This document shows positions 41,851 through 55,090 of a DNA stretch of 64,000 nucleotides, piece by piece. The DNA comes from the human T2T-CHM13v2.0 reference genome, Homo sapiens, in assembly GCF_009914755.1 (NCBI RefSeq), contig NC_060932.1; one strand, given 5' to 3'. Under the pieces are notes generated by a model. The model saw only the letters and a program-made list of their open reading frames with translations, was not told the DNA's origin and made no database searches. The position numbers were made by a program, and so were the translations under genes. Numbering within the stretch: the stretch's first letter is position 1; each line of letters begins with the position of its first letter.

Positions 41851-43153
41851 AGAATTGTTAATGTTTTCACTGTCCATGATGTATTTCTATTTATCAGAGT
41901 CCTGGGGTCGCTTTGCTTGTTGTTAGATAAAAGCAGTATAGTGTTATCAGTCATAATTAATTATATTTTCAAACTTTAACTTGGTTGCAACTTTACTTCT
42001 TTTATCTGGAACCAGTATATGCTAGGCTGGTAGTTTTATGTTGAGGATTCACTTCACTTATCTATGCATTTTTATTAATACTCTAATGTTTAGAATCTAC
42101 TTCAGATGTACTGACTCTATTTACTTGATAACTTTGATATATTTTTAGTAAATTCTAATGAAGTGCTAGGTATTTGTGGCATCTAATGTCTCAGGATTTT
42201 TATGTTATATATGAAAATGTTTTCTTTGTAAGGTTATATATAAGCATTTTTATAAATTGGATGTAATATAGCCTCTTTGAAAATATTGCTAATACATTGT
42301 GTTGATAGATATTTTCTCTAAAATGTTTTTTGGATTGAATTTATTTTGTTTTGTACAACAGAAACAACCAGATGTGTTTGTCAATTGCATTATTCTTATA
42401 ATGAACTCTATTCAGATTATTCACTTTTGAAAATTATCAATAATATGTACATGATAGCCATTTTTAGACTTTTGTCATCTACTGATAGTTTTGTTTGTTC
42501 TGTTTTACACTGATGTTTCCATAAAATCCTTGCAATCAATTATAGGCTAAGGTGTTCTATCTTCAGCAAAAAGGAACAATCTTAGAGTCTGGTGGAAAAG
42601 GATCATGCCATATACTCTGGGGAACAGATTTCTGATGGCATTGTTTAAACAACTATGAAATCATACCATTGGACTGAGTCAGGAGTTGCAGATGTCTAGT
42701 TGAGAAGCAGATGCATTCATGAAACAACACAAGATCAGGTGGAAGAAGAGTGAATTTTATAGAACTGAATGAGCAGATGATTATGATTTCTATTTGAAAT
42801 ATTGTTAAGGTTTTATTGCTCTATTTTTTGGAAGTAAGAATTTCTTTTCTTTTTCTCTTAAGTTATCACTCAAACAATTTTATAGACTATGCTAATTTCT
42901 TGTAAACAGAAATGAAACTTCTTTCTTTTCTTCCCTGACTCACCCATTCCAAATCTGGAAACTCTCATTGAGTCTTGTTATCTTCATGGCAATATAGTTA
43001 TTTGCATAGATACCATAAGAGTCTGTCCTCCTTGTTAACAGGACGCAAGCAAAAACATTGGTAATACAACCAAGGCTTTGCCTGGATGTCATATTTGAGA
43101 ATGATGCTTATTTGATCAGATATGACCAGACACTTTTAAGGAACTAAAGTTGA

Positions 43154-45058
43154 GCCCCAAAACTCCTTAAGATAATAAGCAACTTCAGCAAAGTCTCAGG
43201 ATAGAAAATCTGTGTGAAAAAATGACAATCATTCTTATACACCAACAATAGATGAGCAAAGCCAAATCATGAATGAACTCCCATTCGCAATTGCTACAAA
43301 GAGAATAAAATACCTAGGAATACAGCTAACAAGGGATGTGAAGGACCTCCTCAAAAAGAACTACAAACCACTGCTCAAGGAAATAGGAGATGATACAATC
43401 AAGTGGAAAAACATTCTATCCTTATGGATAGGAAGAATCAATATTGTAAAAATGGCCATACTGCCCAAAGTGATGTATAGATTCAATGCTATTCCCATCA
43501 AACTACCATTGACATTCTTCAAAGAATTAGAAAAAACTACTTTAAATTTCATATGGAACCAAAAAACAGCCTGTATGGCTAAGACAATAATAAGCAAAAA
43601 GAACAAAGCTGGAGGCATCACGCTACCCAACTTCAACCTATACAAGGCTACAGTTACCAAAACAGCATGGTACTGGTACCAAAACAGACATATAGACCAA
43701 TGGAACAGAACAGAAACCTCAGAAATAACACCACACATCTAAAACCATCTGATCTTCTACAAACCAGACAAAAACAAGCAACGGGGAAAGGATTCCCTAT
43801 TTAATAAATGGTGCTAGGAAAACTGGCTAGCCATATGCAGAAAACAAATTGGACCCTTCTCTTACACTTTATACAAAAATTTACTCAAGATAGATTAAAG
43901 ACTTAAATGTAAAACCCAAACCATAAAAACCCTAGGAGAAAACCTAGGCAATATCATTCAGGACATATGCATGGGCAAAGACTTCATGATGAAAATGCCA
44001 AAAGCAATTGCAACAAAAGCCAAAATTGACAAATGGGATCTAATTAAACTAAAGAGCTTCTGCACAGCAAAAGAAACTATCATCAGAGTGAACAGGCAAC
44101 CTACAGAATGGGAGAAAATTTTTGCAATCTACCCATCTGACAAAGGTGTAATATCCAGAATCTACAAGTAACTTAAAGAAATTTACAAGAAAAAAAAAGA
44201 CCATCAAAAAGTGAGTGAAGGATATGAACAGACACTTCTCAAAAAAGACATTTATGCAGCCAACAAACATATGAAAAAAAGCTCAATATCACTGATCATT
44301 AGAGAAATGCAAATCGAAATCACAATGAGATACCATTTCACACCAGTAAGAAGGGTGATTATTATTAAAAAATCAAGAAACGATAGATGCTGGCGAGGCT
44401 GTGGAGAAATAGGAACACTTTTACACTGTTGGTGGGAATGTAAATTAGTTCAATCATTGTGGAAGACAGTGTGGTGATTCCTCAAGGATCTAGAACCAGA
44501 AATACTATTTGACCTAGCAATCCCATTACTGGGTATATACCCAAAGGAATACAAATCATTCTACTATAAAAACACATGCACACATATGTTTATTGCAGCA
44601 CTATTTTACCATAGCAAAGACATGGAACCAACCCAAATGCCCATCAATGATAGGCTGGATAAAGAAAACGTGGTACATATATACCATAGAATACTGTACA
44701 GCCATAAAAAGGAATGAGTTCATGTCCTTTGCAGGGACATGGATGAAGCTAGAAGCCATCATCTTCAGCAAACTAACACAAGAACAGAAAACCAATCACC
44801 ACATGTTCTCACTTGTAAGTGGGAGTTGAACAATGAGAATACATGGACACAGGGAGGGGAACAACACACACCAGGGCCAGTTGGGGGTTAGGGGGTGAGG
44901 GGAGGGAGAGCATTAGGAGAAATAGCTAATGCATGTGGGGCTTAAAACCTAGATGACGGGTTGATAGGTGCAGCAAACCACCATGGCACATGTATACCTA
45001 TGTAACAAACATACACGTTCTACATTTGTATCCCAGAACTTAAAATAAAAATTTAAAA
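43154..45058 (+). mobile_element. 5'-truncated L1PA (ORF2 C-terminus plus 3' UTR)
   Basis: ORFs 43269-44829 translate to L1 ORF2p ([32 protein letters not shown]) with stops; A-rich tail; TSD AAAGTTGA. Confidence 0.97.
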
Positions 45059-46195
45059 AAAGTTGAATTGTCATTTTTGCCACATTCTGTTAATCAAAGC
45101 AAGTTAAAAAGCTAGCCCAGATTAAAGAGAATGCAGAAAGAGCCCCAGGAATGATGACAGGAATGGCGAAGTCACATTGCAGTATAGTGGTGTCTACTGG
45201 AATAGGAAAACTATGGAAATTTTAAAAAGTCTAACACAATCTTATAAGGAATTCGAACTTTACTTTTTAATGATTGAGGCATCTCTAAAAGGTATCAAAC
45301 AGGGGAATTACATGGTCAAGTTTGTATTTTAGAAAGATGACTATTAAGGTAGTATGGAAGATGAACTGAAGAGAGAAAAGATTGAAGTTAGGCAAAATGT
45401 ATTTAAAAGACTAATAAAATAGTCTAGAGATAGATTTAGAGATGATAGAGGCTTGAACAAAGATTGAGGAGATATCTTATGGATTTTTCCATCTGACTCT
45501 GTCTAGTAGGTTTCAAAATTATATATAACATGATAACTCACTATATTATGACTCTGTGTGTGTAATAAATTATATATCACATTTTGCTAAAACGTGATAT
45601 AAATATTTATTGAGTGAAAGTAAGGAAATCATAATCATAAGCATAGGATTTGGCTGGAATAATGATTACCTTAGGCCAAAGTTGTAAGCTACTTTAAAGT
45701 TCTGCATTTTCTATATTGTTGTGGGCTCATACTTGCTAATTGCATTGACAAAAGAAACAGAGAGAGAAAGAAGAAAGATAGTTGTAGACCAAAGATGAGC
45801 ACATAGCATAAGACAAAGCTTGCTCTGAATCTCTGATCCATGAATGAAAAAGATAATAGTAGTCTGTTGTGTTAATATCTGGTGAGATTGATTTGTATGC
45901 AGCATTTCCCACATTTGCTTGCTCTTGAATCATTTGTCCACAGATACGCTTTGGGTAGTACTGAAGAACTTAACATTTCATTGGCAGATAAGAACATTTG
46001 AGTTATGAGATGTAAAACAAACTTGTCCTTTCTGATTCCATACTTCATATTTTTCTTTCTTTTGTTTGTTTCAGTGGTTTTAAAAATAATTTTATCAATT
46101 AGTAAGAATTCAATTTAATAAGGACTGGATACTTTACAAGGTCCTTAATACTATTAATAAAAAATCATAAAAGCCATATTCTAGCATCTAAAGGT

Positions 46196-46597
46196 GAGCT
46201 GTCTAATATGGTGTCTACAAGCCACCCAGAACTATTAAGCACTTGAAATGTGGATAGCATGACCAAGAAACTAAATTTTAATTTTAATTATTTTCCATTA
46301 AATGTAACTTTATTGCTTTGGTAGAAGTATATTTCACTTAAACTATTGTAAACCTAGCATCTAAATTGTGATGTGCAATAAGCATAGAATGCTCACTGGA
46401 TTTTGAAGACAGTATCAAAAAATAGTAAAATATCTCATTAACAATTTTTATATTAGATGCAGAAGTAATAATTTTTGATGTATTAGGACAAATAAAATAT
46501 TAAAACTAATCTCATCTGTTCTTACTATTTTTAATGTGGCTGCTAGAAAATTTCAAGTTCCATATTTGGCTCATATTTATTTCTATTTGACAGCACT
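46196..46597. mobile_element. hAT-Charlie element (MER3/MER33 family)
   Basis: GCTGTCTAATA ... TATTTGACAGC TIR-like ends and AAGCACTTGAAATGTGG motif. Confidence 0.7.
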
Positions 46598-47189
46598 ACT
46601 CTAGAATACTTTTATTTCTTGGTTAAAATACAAAGCTCAAACTTTGAAGTACTGTAACTGCTGTGTGATCATCAGAAAGAAGAAAACCATCTATGGCTTT
46701 CTGACTTTTAAATTGTTATTGGCCATTGACTCTTCCCAACATGTGAGGTCACAGCCCTGGAATGTGAGGTCTGTTCACACCACTGCAAATGAGGTTAAGG
46801 TATGGCAGGCCAAAGAGGTGCCCTTTCTTTGTGACAGTATAATCCAGATAGATCGGACTCAAGACCGATCAGAGGCGTCTGCTTGACTTGTTTCAATGTT
46901 GAAACTACACATTTCTTGTTTGGCTAAAAAGTGATGGAGATTATACAGTAATGAAACTTTCTCAGTTTTTTCCAGAGAAGAGCATTCTCCTCCAGGGCCA
47001 CAAAAATGCTTGTGTAGATAGGCCAATTATGAGAAAAGCATGAAGGATAGAAGGGAAGAATATAACTGAAAAATGTGAGAGCTCAAAAAGCAGCCAAACC
47101 CTTCATAAGGGTGTAATTTGTCTGCAGCTCAACCTGCTCAGAGAGGAGCTCTGAGCCCTCAAAGACTTGAAGGAATGGCAGGAGAAACA

Positions 47190-47837
47190 GTCCGGAAAGG
47201 AGTGTGTGTATGTGTGTGTACACATAACATGCATAATTTTAAAAGATTGTACCTTCCAAACAGGAACCCACACTGAGATGCACACAGTAAATGTATGCAT
47301 TTCTCCATCTAACAAACGTTTACCCAACATCTGACTCAAGCTGATGGATTGGATATAGATGGATAGGAGAAAGAGGAATCAAGAATAAATGCTAGTTTCT
47401 GGCCTGAGCCACCTGGTGGTGCTATTTACTGAGATGCAAGAGATTTGTATCTGAGTAGGGTTCACTTGGGTTTCTTTGAGTTACAGAGACAGAATGAAGG
47501 GAGGAGCTATTGTGTCCATGTTAGTTTTGAGAACCCTATAATATGTACAAACTGAGGCAATGTAGAGTCCTGGTCCCACCCTGGACCAAAATATGTAAAA
47601 ATATCTTGAGTGGTGGTCTGGCTTTGGTATTTTTTTTTAATTCCTCAAATGACCCTGTGGTGCAGCCAGACACAACTGGAACAGTTTGAGTCAGGTGTTG
47701 GGTAAATGTTTGTTAGATGGAGAACGTATGCATTTACCGTGTGCGCCTCAGTGTGGTTCTTGTTCGGAAGATACAATCTTTTAAAATTGTACATGTTATG
47801 TGTACACACACACACATACACACTCTCCTTTCTGGAC
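47190..47837. repeat. Inverted duplication: ~155-bp arms (47190-47343 and 47682-47837) with a ~340-bp spacer
   Basis: The arms are reverse complements, roughly 85% identical by eye. Confidence 0.92.
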
Positions 47838-48344
47838 CTAGAATATGGCTGAACACATAACCAGATTTTGAAGGGAAAGAAGATCCATTCCATTTCGACC
47901 AGTGAGGCAGAGGAAGTGAGAATGGGTAAACAGATTTAGGAATCCTACGTGCTAGCCTAAGCTCTGTAACCTTGGAGAAGTGCCTTTCCCGTTGTAGCCT
48001 TAGTTTCCTTACCCCTGAGATGAAGAGATTGGACTATATGAGTGATCTATTGGTCAACTGCTTCCTAAATGAATAGGTGTCCTCAGTCTTTGGCAATATA
48101 CTCTGAGTGGCCACTGGTTAAAATACAGGAGTTAGACCACAACACCTCCATTTCCTAACACTGACTCTGGACAAGTCATGTAACCTCTCTTATGATTGAT
48201 TTTCTTAGAAGAAGTGCCTCATAATACCTACCAACTTGAATCATTATAAATATTAAATTAATATCTATAAAGTACTTAGCACAATGACTTTCATCTGAAA
48301 GTTGCTCCTTGAAAGTAAACATTATTATGTCTTTTACATTTTCT

Positions 48345-49848
48345 TGTTTATTTATTTATTTTGATTTTTCCTTAAGTTATTGGGGTACAGGTGGTATTTG
48401 GTTACATAAGTTCTTTAGTGGTGATTTGTGAGATTTTGGTGCACCCATCACTGAAGCAGTATACACTGCACCCTATTTGTAGTCTTTTGTCCCTCACTCC
48501 CCTCCCATCCTTCCCCACAAGTCCCCAAAGACCATTGTATCATTCTTATGCTTTTGTGTCCTCTTAGCTTAGCTCCTACATATCAGTGAGAACATACGAT
48601 GTTTGGTTTTCCATCCCTGAGTTACTTCACTTAGAAAATAGTCTCCAATCTCATCCAGTTGCTGCAAATGCTGTTAATTCATTCCTTTTTATGCTGAATA
48701 CTATTCCATCATGTATATAAACCACAATTTCTATATCCACTCATTGACTGATGGGCATTTGGGCTGGTTCCACAATTTTGCAGTTGCGAATTGTGCTCCT
48801 ATAAACATGCGTGTGTGAGTATCTTCTTCAAAAAATGACTCTTTTTTCCTTTGGTTAGATACCCAGTGGTGGGATTGCTGGATCAAATGGTAGTTCTACT
48901 TTTAGTTTTCTAAGAATCTCCACACTATTTTCCATAGTGGCTGTACTAGTTTACGTTCCCACCAGCAGTGTAGAAGTGTTCCCTGATCACCGCATTCATG
49001 CCAACATCTACTGTTTTTTTATTTGTTGATTATGATCATTCTTGCAGGAGTAAGATGTTATCCCATTGTGGTTTTAATTTGCATTTTCCTGATCATTAGT
49101 AACGTTGAGCACTTTTTCATGTATTTCTTGTCCATTTGTATATCTTCTTTTGAGAATTATGTATTCATGTCCTTAGCCCACTTTTTGATGGGATTGTTTG
49201 TTTTTTTCTTACTGATTTGTTTGAGTTCATTGTAGATTCTGGATATCAGTCCTTTGTCAGATGTATATACTGTGAAGATTTTCTCTCACTTGGGTTGAAT
49301 GCTTACTTTGCTGACTGTTCCTTTTGCAAAAGCTCTTTAGTTTAGTTAGGTCGCAATTATTTATCTTTGTTTTTATTGCATTTGCTTTCGGGTTCTTGGT
49401 CATGTAATCCTTGCCTAAGCCAATTTCTAGAAGGGGTTTTCCAGTGTTATCTTCTGGAATTTTTATAGTTTCAGGTCTTAAATTTAAGTCCTTAATTCAT
49501 CTTGAGTTGGTTTTTGTATAAGTGAGACATGAGGGTCCACTTTCATTCTTCTACATGTGGCTAGCCAATTATCCCAGCACCATTTGTTGAAGAGGGTGTC
49601 CTTTTCCTACTTTATGTTTTTGTTTGCTTTGGCAAAGATCAATTGGCTGTATTTGGGTTTATTTCTGGGTTCTCTATTCTGTTCCACTGGTCTATGTGCC
49701 ATTTTAATACCAGTACCATGTTATTTTGGTGACTGTGGCCTTACAGTATAGTTTGAAATCAGGTAGTGTGATGCCTCCAGATTTGTTCTTTTTGCCTAGT
49801 ATTGATTTGGCTATGCAGGCTCTTTCTTGGTTCCATATGAATTTCAGA

Positions 49849-49886
<38 letters not shown>

Positions 49887-50628
49887 TTAATTCTGTGAAG
49901 AATGATGGTGGTGTTCTGATGCGGATTGCATTGAATTTGTAGATTGCTTTTGGCAGTATGGTCATTGTCACAATATTGATTCTACCCATCCATGAGCATG
50001 GGATGTTTTTCCATTTATTTGTGTCTTTGATGATTTCTTTCAGCAGTGTTTTGTAGTTTTTCTTGTAGATGTCTTTTGCCTCCTTTTTTAGGTGTATTCC
50101 CAAGTATTGTATTATTTTTGCAGCTATTGTAAAAAGGGTTGAGTTCTTGATTTGATACTCTGCTTGTTTGCTACTGGTATATAGAAGAGCTACTGATTTG
50201 TATACATTAATCTTGTATCCAGAAACTTTGCTGAATTCTTTTATCAGTTCTAGGAACTTTCTGGAGGAGTCTTTAGGGTTTTCAAGGTAAACGATCATAT
50301 TGTCAGCAAACAGCAACAGTTTGACTTCCTCTTTACCGATTTGGATGCCCTTTATTTCTTTCTTTTGTCTGGTTGCTCTGGCTAGGACTTCCAATACTAT
50401 ATTGAAGAGGAGTGGTGAGAGTGGGCATCCTTGTCGTGTTCCAGTACTCAGAGGGAAAGCTTTCAACTTTTCCTCATTCCGTATTATGTTGACTGTGGGT
50501 TTGTCATAGATGGCTTTTATTACATTGAGGTATGTCCCTTGTATGCCAATTTTGCTGAGAAAAGATAAAATTGATAGACCAATAATAGCAAGATGAACCA
50601 AGAAAAGAAGGGAGAAAATCCAGATAAC
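48345..50628 (-). mobile_element. L1PB-type LINE, 5'-truncated with a short 5' inversion
   Basis: ORF 49759-50601 is the L1 RT domain ([27 protein letters not shown]); L1PB-like 3' UTR; perfect 14-bp TSD CTTTTACATTTTCT at 48331-48344 and 50629-50642; internal (TG)n at 49851-49882. Confidence 0.95.
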
Positions 50629-51877
50629 CTTTTACATTTTCTATTTTATCTTATGAAGCCAGAGTTCCAGGGAAATCAATAAAGAGCACGTGGAAGTTAT
50701 ATTTAGTTGATTTTACATGTTTGTTTAATTTCTCTGTAGGCTTTCATGGCCATATTTTTCCCTCATGCTTACAAAAACATTCACAATCATCAGAGTTAAA
50801 TAGCATTCATTTTTTCACCCTCAGAATCTGTAATATTTCACATGAATAGTGGAATTATCCCTGAGAGCTTTCCAAAGCATTTTTAACACAAATCTTTATT
50901 TATTAAAGGGTAAAATACACCCCCTGTAAGAATACATTATTTCATTTGGAGAATACAACAGCAGTAATTGTTTTTATTCACTTGTAACAATTTCACCATC
51001 CCAAAGTTTACCTGCAAAGGCATATTTCAGTCTGGAAGTCCCACTGCCAGACAGCTTGTTTGCACATTTTGAAAGGAGGGACACAAGGAGGGAGTGGACA
51101 TTTATTGTGATAAGCCCTGTGCTATGCTTTTTAAATTAATTTTAATAGCCACACAGCATTTTAAATACATAAATATTTTTTCATCCTTTGAAAACCAATT
51201 GTAGGAATATCTGGGTGCATGAAGGTTCTTCAGCTTCTTGTTAGATACATAGATATTTATTTTGTACATTTTTGTACTTCTAAAATATTTCAGAATGCCT
51301 TTTGTTTTGGCAACAGTCTCTGCTGCATGACCTCAGCCTTGCCAAGAACTATTTTGCTGCTTGGTGCTACTTGCAACCCATCTTGTGTCTTATTTTAGTT
51401 TTTCACACATATTTATGTTGAGTGATTAAACACTAAGTTGGTTGCATTTTTAAACAAATTTTTTTCAGTGTTCTTGCCCCAAAGATGCAATTCCCAAGTC
51501 AAGAAAAGTTAAGAAGGAAAGAGAGTTTTGTTAATGTGATTATAGAAATAAAAACAACTTATCAATAAATCTTTAGATCACTAGTCTATGTGAGGCTACT
51601 TGCTTTTATGAGAAAAGAAAGAACTAAGAAAAAAAAACCCTTGTTTTTTTCCTCCTCTAAGTGTTATTTTTCCTCTTGCCTCATTTGTTCTCTCCTGCAA
51701 ATAGATACGTTGTTTCCCTTTTCACTTTTGATTTCTTGACTTAATTCCTTACTTCCCTTTCCAATCATTTAAAATTGCCTTCAAATGGGATATTCCAGTT
51801 TTCAATGACTGAACAGGAGGATTGTAATCAATCCATAGGTGGTGAGAGCTGAAAGACATCTTAGAGATCATCTATAG

Positions 51878-52050
51878 AGTGGTTCTCAAACTTGATCATG
51901 CATCGGTATCATCCTGAGAGATTGTTACACTGTTAGGTCCCATGCTCAGAGTTTCTGATTCAGTAGGCTGGACATGAGACCTGATAATTCGCATTTCTAG
52001 TACTTTCCTAGGTGGGACTGATGCTGCTAGTCGTGCTTGGAGAACCTCTG
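51878..52050. mobile_element. MER5A hAT MITE
   Basis: AGTGGTTCTCAAACTT...AGAGTTTCTGATTCAGTAGG...TGGAGAACC. Confidence 0.8.
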
Positions 52051-52649
52051 ATCAGTGATTCAGGAGATCAGTGCTCTTTTATTTCATTGAAGAATGCTTA
52101 CAAAGCACTTTCAATGGGTCAGATAATAAAGTCATTTAATTATCATAGTAATGCTATAATTTGACACCATCTTTATTCCCATTTTATTGTTGAGGAAACT
52201 GAGAGAGATAAAATAATTTGCTCAAGGTAACAAGGCCAGTGAGCAGCAGAGCTTTGGTTTAAACCCAGCAGGCAACCTCCAAATGTGAGCTATCACCCCT
52301 ATCCTCTGCTGCCTTCCTGCTGAGTTTCAATAGCACAAACAAGATGTGAGTGTGGGAGGGTGTGGAGGGGACAGAGAAGAGAGTAATTCATTTAAGCTTG
52401 GGGGTCCTAAGAAAGTGGTAGAAAAGAATTTGAGGGTGTTGAAAGCATTTTCGCTAGGTCATAAAGAAAACATAAATTTTGACACGCTGTGACAGCAGGA
52501 AGAATATTCCAGGCTCTGGAAGAAAACCATACAATAAAACAAGATGAAGAAAAGTGCATGAAATATTATGTGAATGAGGAGTCTGGCTTGATTGAGGCAT
52601 AGTTTGCCTAGATATGTTGAGCGAGAAATGTAGCCAGAACATATTGGGA

Positions 52650-53094
52650 TGTGAAAGGAAAATATCTTGAGCCCCCAAAATCACTAAGCTAAAAGGAAAA
52701 TTCAAGCTGGGAACTGCTTAGGGGAAATCTGCCTTGCATTCTATTCAAAGTCATCCCTCTACTAACAGATAAATGCATATCTGATGCCTCCTTTGGAAAG
52801 GCTAATCAGAAACTCAAAATAATGTAACCATTTGTCTGTCACTTACCTGTGACCTGGAAGCCCCTTCCCTGCTTCCAGTTGTCCTGCCTTTTGGATAAAA
52901 CCAGTGTTCATTTTACATATGTTAATTGATGTCTCATGTCTCCCTAGAATGTATAAAACCAAGCCGTGTTCTGACCACCTTGGACAAATGTCATCAGGAC
53001 CTCCTGAGGCTGTGTCATGAGTGTGCATCCTCAACCTTGGCAAAATAAACTTTCCAAATTAACTGAGACCTGTCTCAAGTTTTGTGGGTTCACA
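52650..53094 (+). mobile_element. MER4A-type ERV1 solo LTR
   Basis: Starts TGTGAAAGGAAAAT..CCCCAAAATCACTAAGC; has TATAAAA and AATAAA; ends TTCACA; flanks GGGA/GAGA. Confidence 0.88.
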
Positions 53095-54397
53095 GAGAGA
53101 ATAGATCAAAAGGGACTTGACTACCTGCCAAGATTAGTTTGAATTTTCCTTGTGATAAGAGATGGATGAAGAGGAGTCACTGAGGTGTTTTAAGTATGAA
53201 TGGAGCAAAGCTCACTATCATTTTGGCATCAATGTGGAGAATGGATGGAGGAGGAGGATATTAGTCAGAAGACTGCACAAGATTCCAATTAAGGGATGAT
53301 GGCAGCCTTGGACTCAGGTAACAAGAGAAAGAATGGAGCTGAGAGGGGTTGGGTTTGAGAATTATTAAGGAGGTTGAATCTAAAATTTTTAAACATTGAT
53401 CATATAGAAGCAGATGATACAGAAAGAAGGAAAAAGAGGCGAAACTAAGGCAGACAAACCTTTATTGGTTTGGACATTTGTTCCAGGCACTATAACAAGC
53501 ATTACTAACAAAAGGATACATAAAATTGTAGGTTTAGAGTCTGCCCAGAAGGCAGGGAAGACTCCAAGGCAGCGTCAGCAATAACTCCTTCATTTAAACC
53601 CACACTGGCAAGGTTCTGATCCAGAGTGTAATTCTCCATGCTGAAGCTTGGTTGGACGAAATAGCTCTGGATTCAGGATCATTTCCCATCAGGAAAAATG
53701 GAGTGAACTAACCACAGTCAGCATGTCCCACAGAAGACAAATGCCTCTACGGCAACCACACTTTGAGCTGGTAAATAGACCTGACATTTAGGCATCTGTT
53801 GCTCCTTGTGCACTAATAAGTCTAACTTGAGGCTCAGAAATCATTAGCAGAGTGAGTGCTTTTAATGAGCTCTAGGAGAAAAATATGGTTTAAAAAATAT
53901 ATTACCTGCAGTTAAGCATTACCATGGATGCTAATGTTAAAATTTATGGGAAAAGTGCTTGAGGAAAGCCTGAGCCATTATAAAAGCTAGACAGAATTTC
54001 TATTTTAGAAAAAAAGTTAGATCATTTTTTAAAGTGTCCACTCTAGAGTTTATTAAGACCTCATAATAGATTTTATCTCATACTCAGTTTTCCCTGTCCC
54101 GCCCCCCAACCCTTACTTCCCCATGGTGGTTAAAGACTAGGCTGAGAACAGGCAATGAGGCCATGCTGTGACCTGGTAAATGCATCCACTAGCTCTTTTT
54201 CTGCAAATGGTGTTGCTGGCCAAAGTGGAGAAGTGTCTACCCAATCATTTAACAAACTAAGGGCAGTCAACCCTAATACATCCATTAAATCCATTCATTT
54301 AGTTAATTATTCACGTAACAAACATTTTAATTCAACCTTTATACTTAATCAACACTTACTTAGCTAGGTTAGCCAATGTAATATATTGTCCACAGCA

Positions 54398-54510
54398 GAA
54401 TAAATAAATAATAAATAATAATAATAAATAAATAAATATATAACAAATAATAAATAATAATATTTATATTATTATTTATATTATAATAAGAATAAATAAT
54501 AAATAAATAA
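54398..54510 (+). repeat. AT-rich (AAAT/AAT)n low-complexity tract
   Basis: Visible in sequence. Confidence 0.85.
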
Positions 54511-54554
54511 GTTCCCTTTTGAGAGACAAAGGGAGCATTATTAATAATTGCTTT

Positions 54555-55090
54555 TGTTACTTATTGCTGTGGAAAAAGACTCCAAAACTTAGTGGCTTAA
54601 AGCAGGCATTATTATTATCATCTATGATTCTCTGTGTTGACCAGGCTTGGCTCAACTGAGTGGTTCTCACTTGTAGTCTTTTGTGTGGTTGTTGGCTGGG
54701 AGTGGTACCATCTGAAGACTCACCTGGACTACATGTCCATAATGACCCTCTCTCATTTGGCAGGAAGTTGGTGTTGGCTACCAACTGGGAGCTTAGCTGA
54801 GTTGCTGACCTAAGCACTTATGTGTGACCTCTTTGTGTGACTTGGATTAACCACAGCATGGCACTGGGTTCTGAGGAAGGACATCCATACCAACAAACAT
54901 TCTCTAAGAGGCACAGGTGGAAATCCCAAGTCCTCCAAAAGTGATGCTTGGAACCGGCACAGTGTCACATCCACAAAATTCTATTGACCAAAGGACAGCC
55001 TGGAGTCCACGGGATGAATAGACAGACTATGCTTCTTGATGGGAGAATGGTACTTTCATACAAGAGGAAAAGAGTTGGTGGTGGTCCTCT
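54555..55090 (-). mobile_element. MaLR MLT1 LTR
   Basis: TTATTGCTGT....CCAAAACTTAGTGGCTTAAAGCA is the antisense MLT1 end. Confidence 0.75.

Noticed and set aside
41480-41954. Functional SOD1 paralogue
   Set aside because: The start codon is deleted, there are multiple frameshifts, and the Zn ligand Asp83 region is altered (HVGDL to HVKHL)
43269-44829. Series of + strand ORFs
   Set aside because: They are fragments of a dead L1PA ORF2 with stops and frameshifts
49759-50601. 280-aa reverse transcriptase ORF as a novel RT system
   Set aside because: It is an ordinary truncated L1 ORF2 fragment with the catalytic FADD changed to FADN and a (CA)n-induced frameshift
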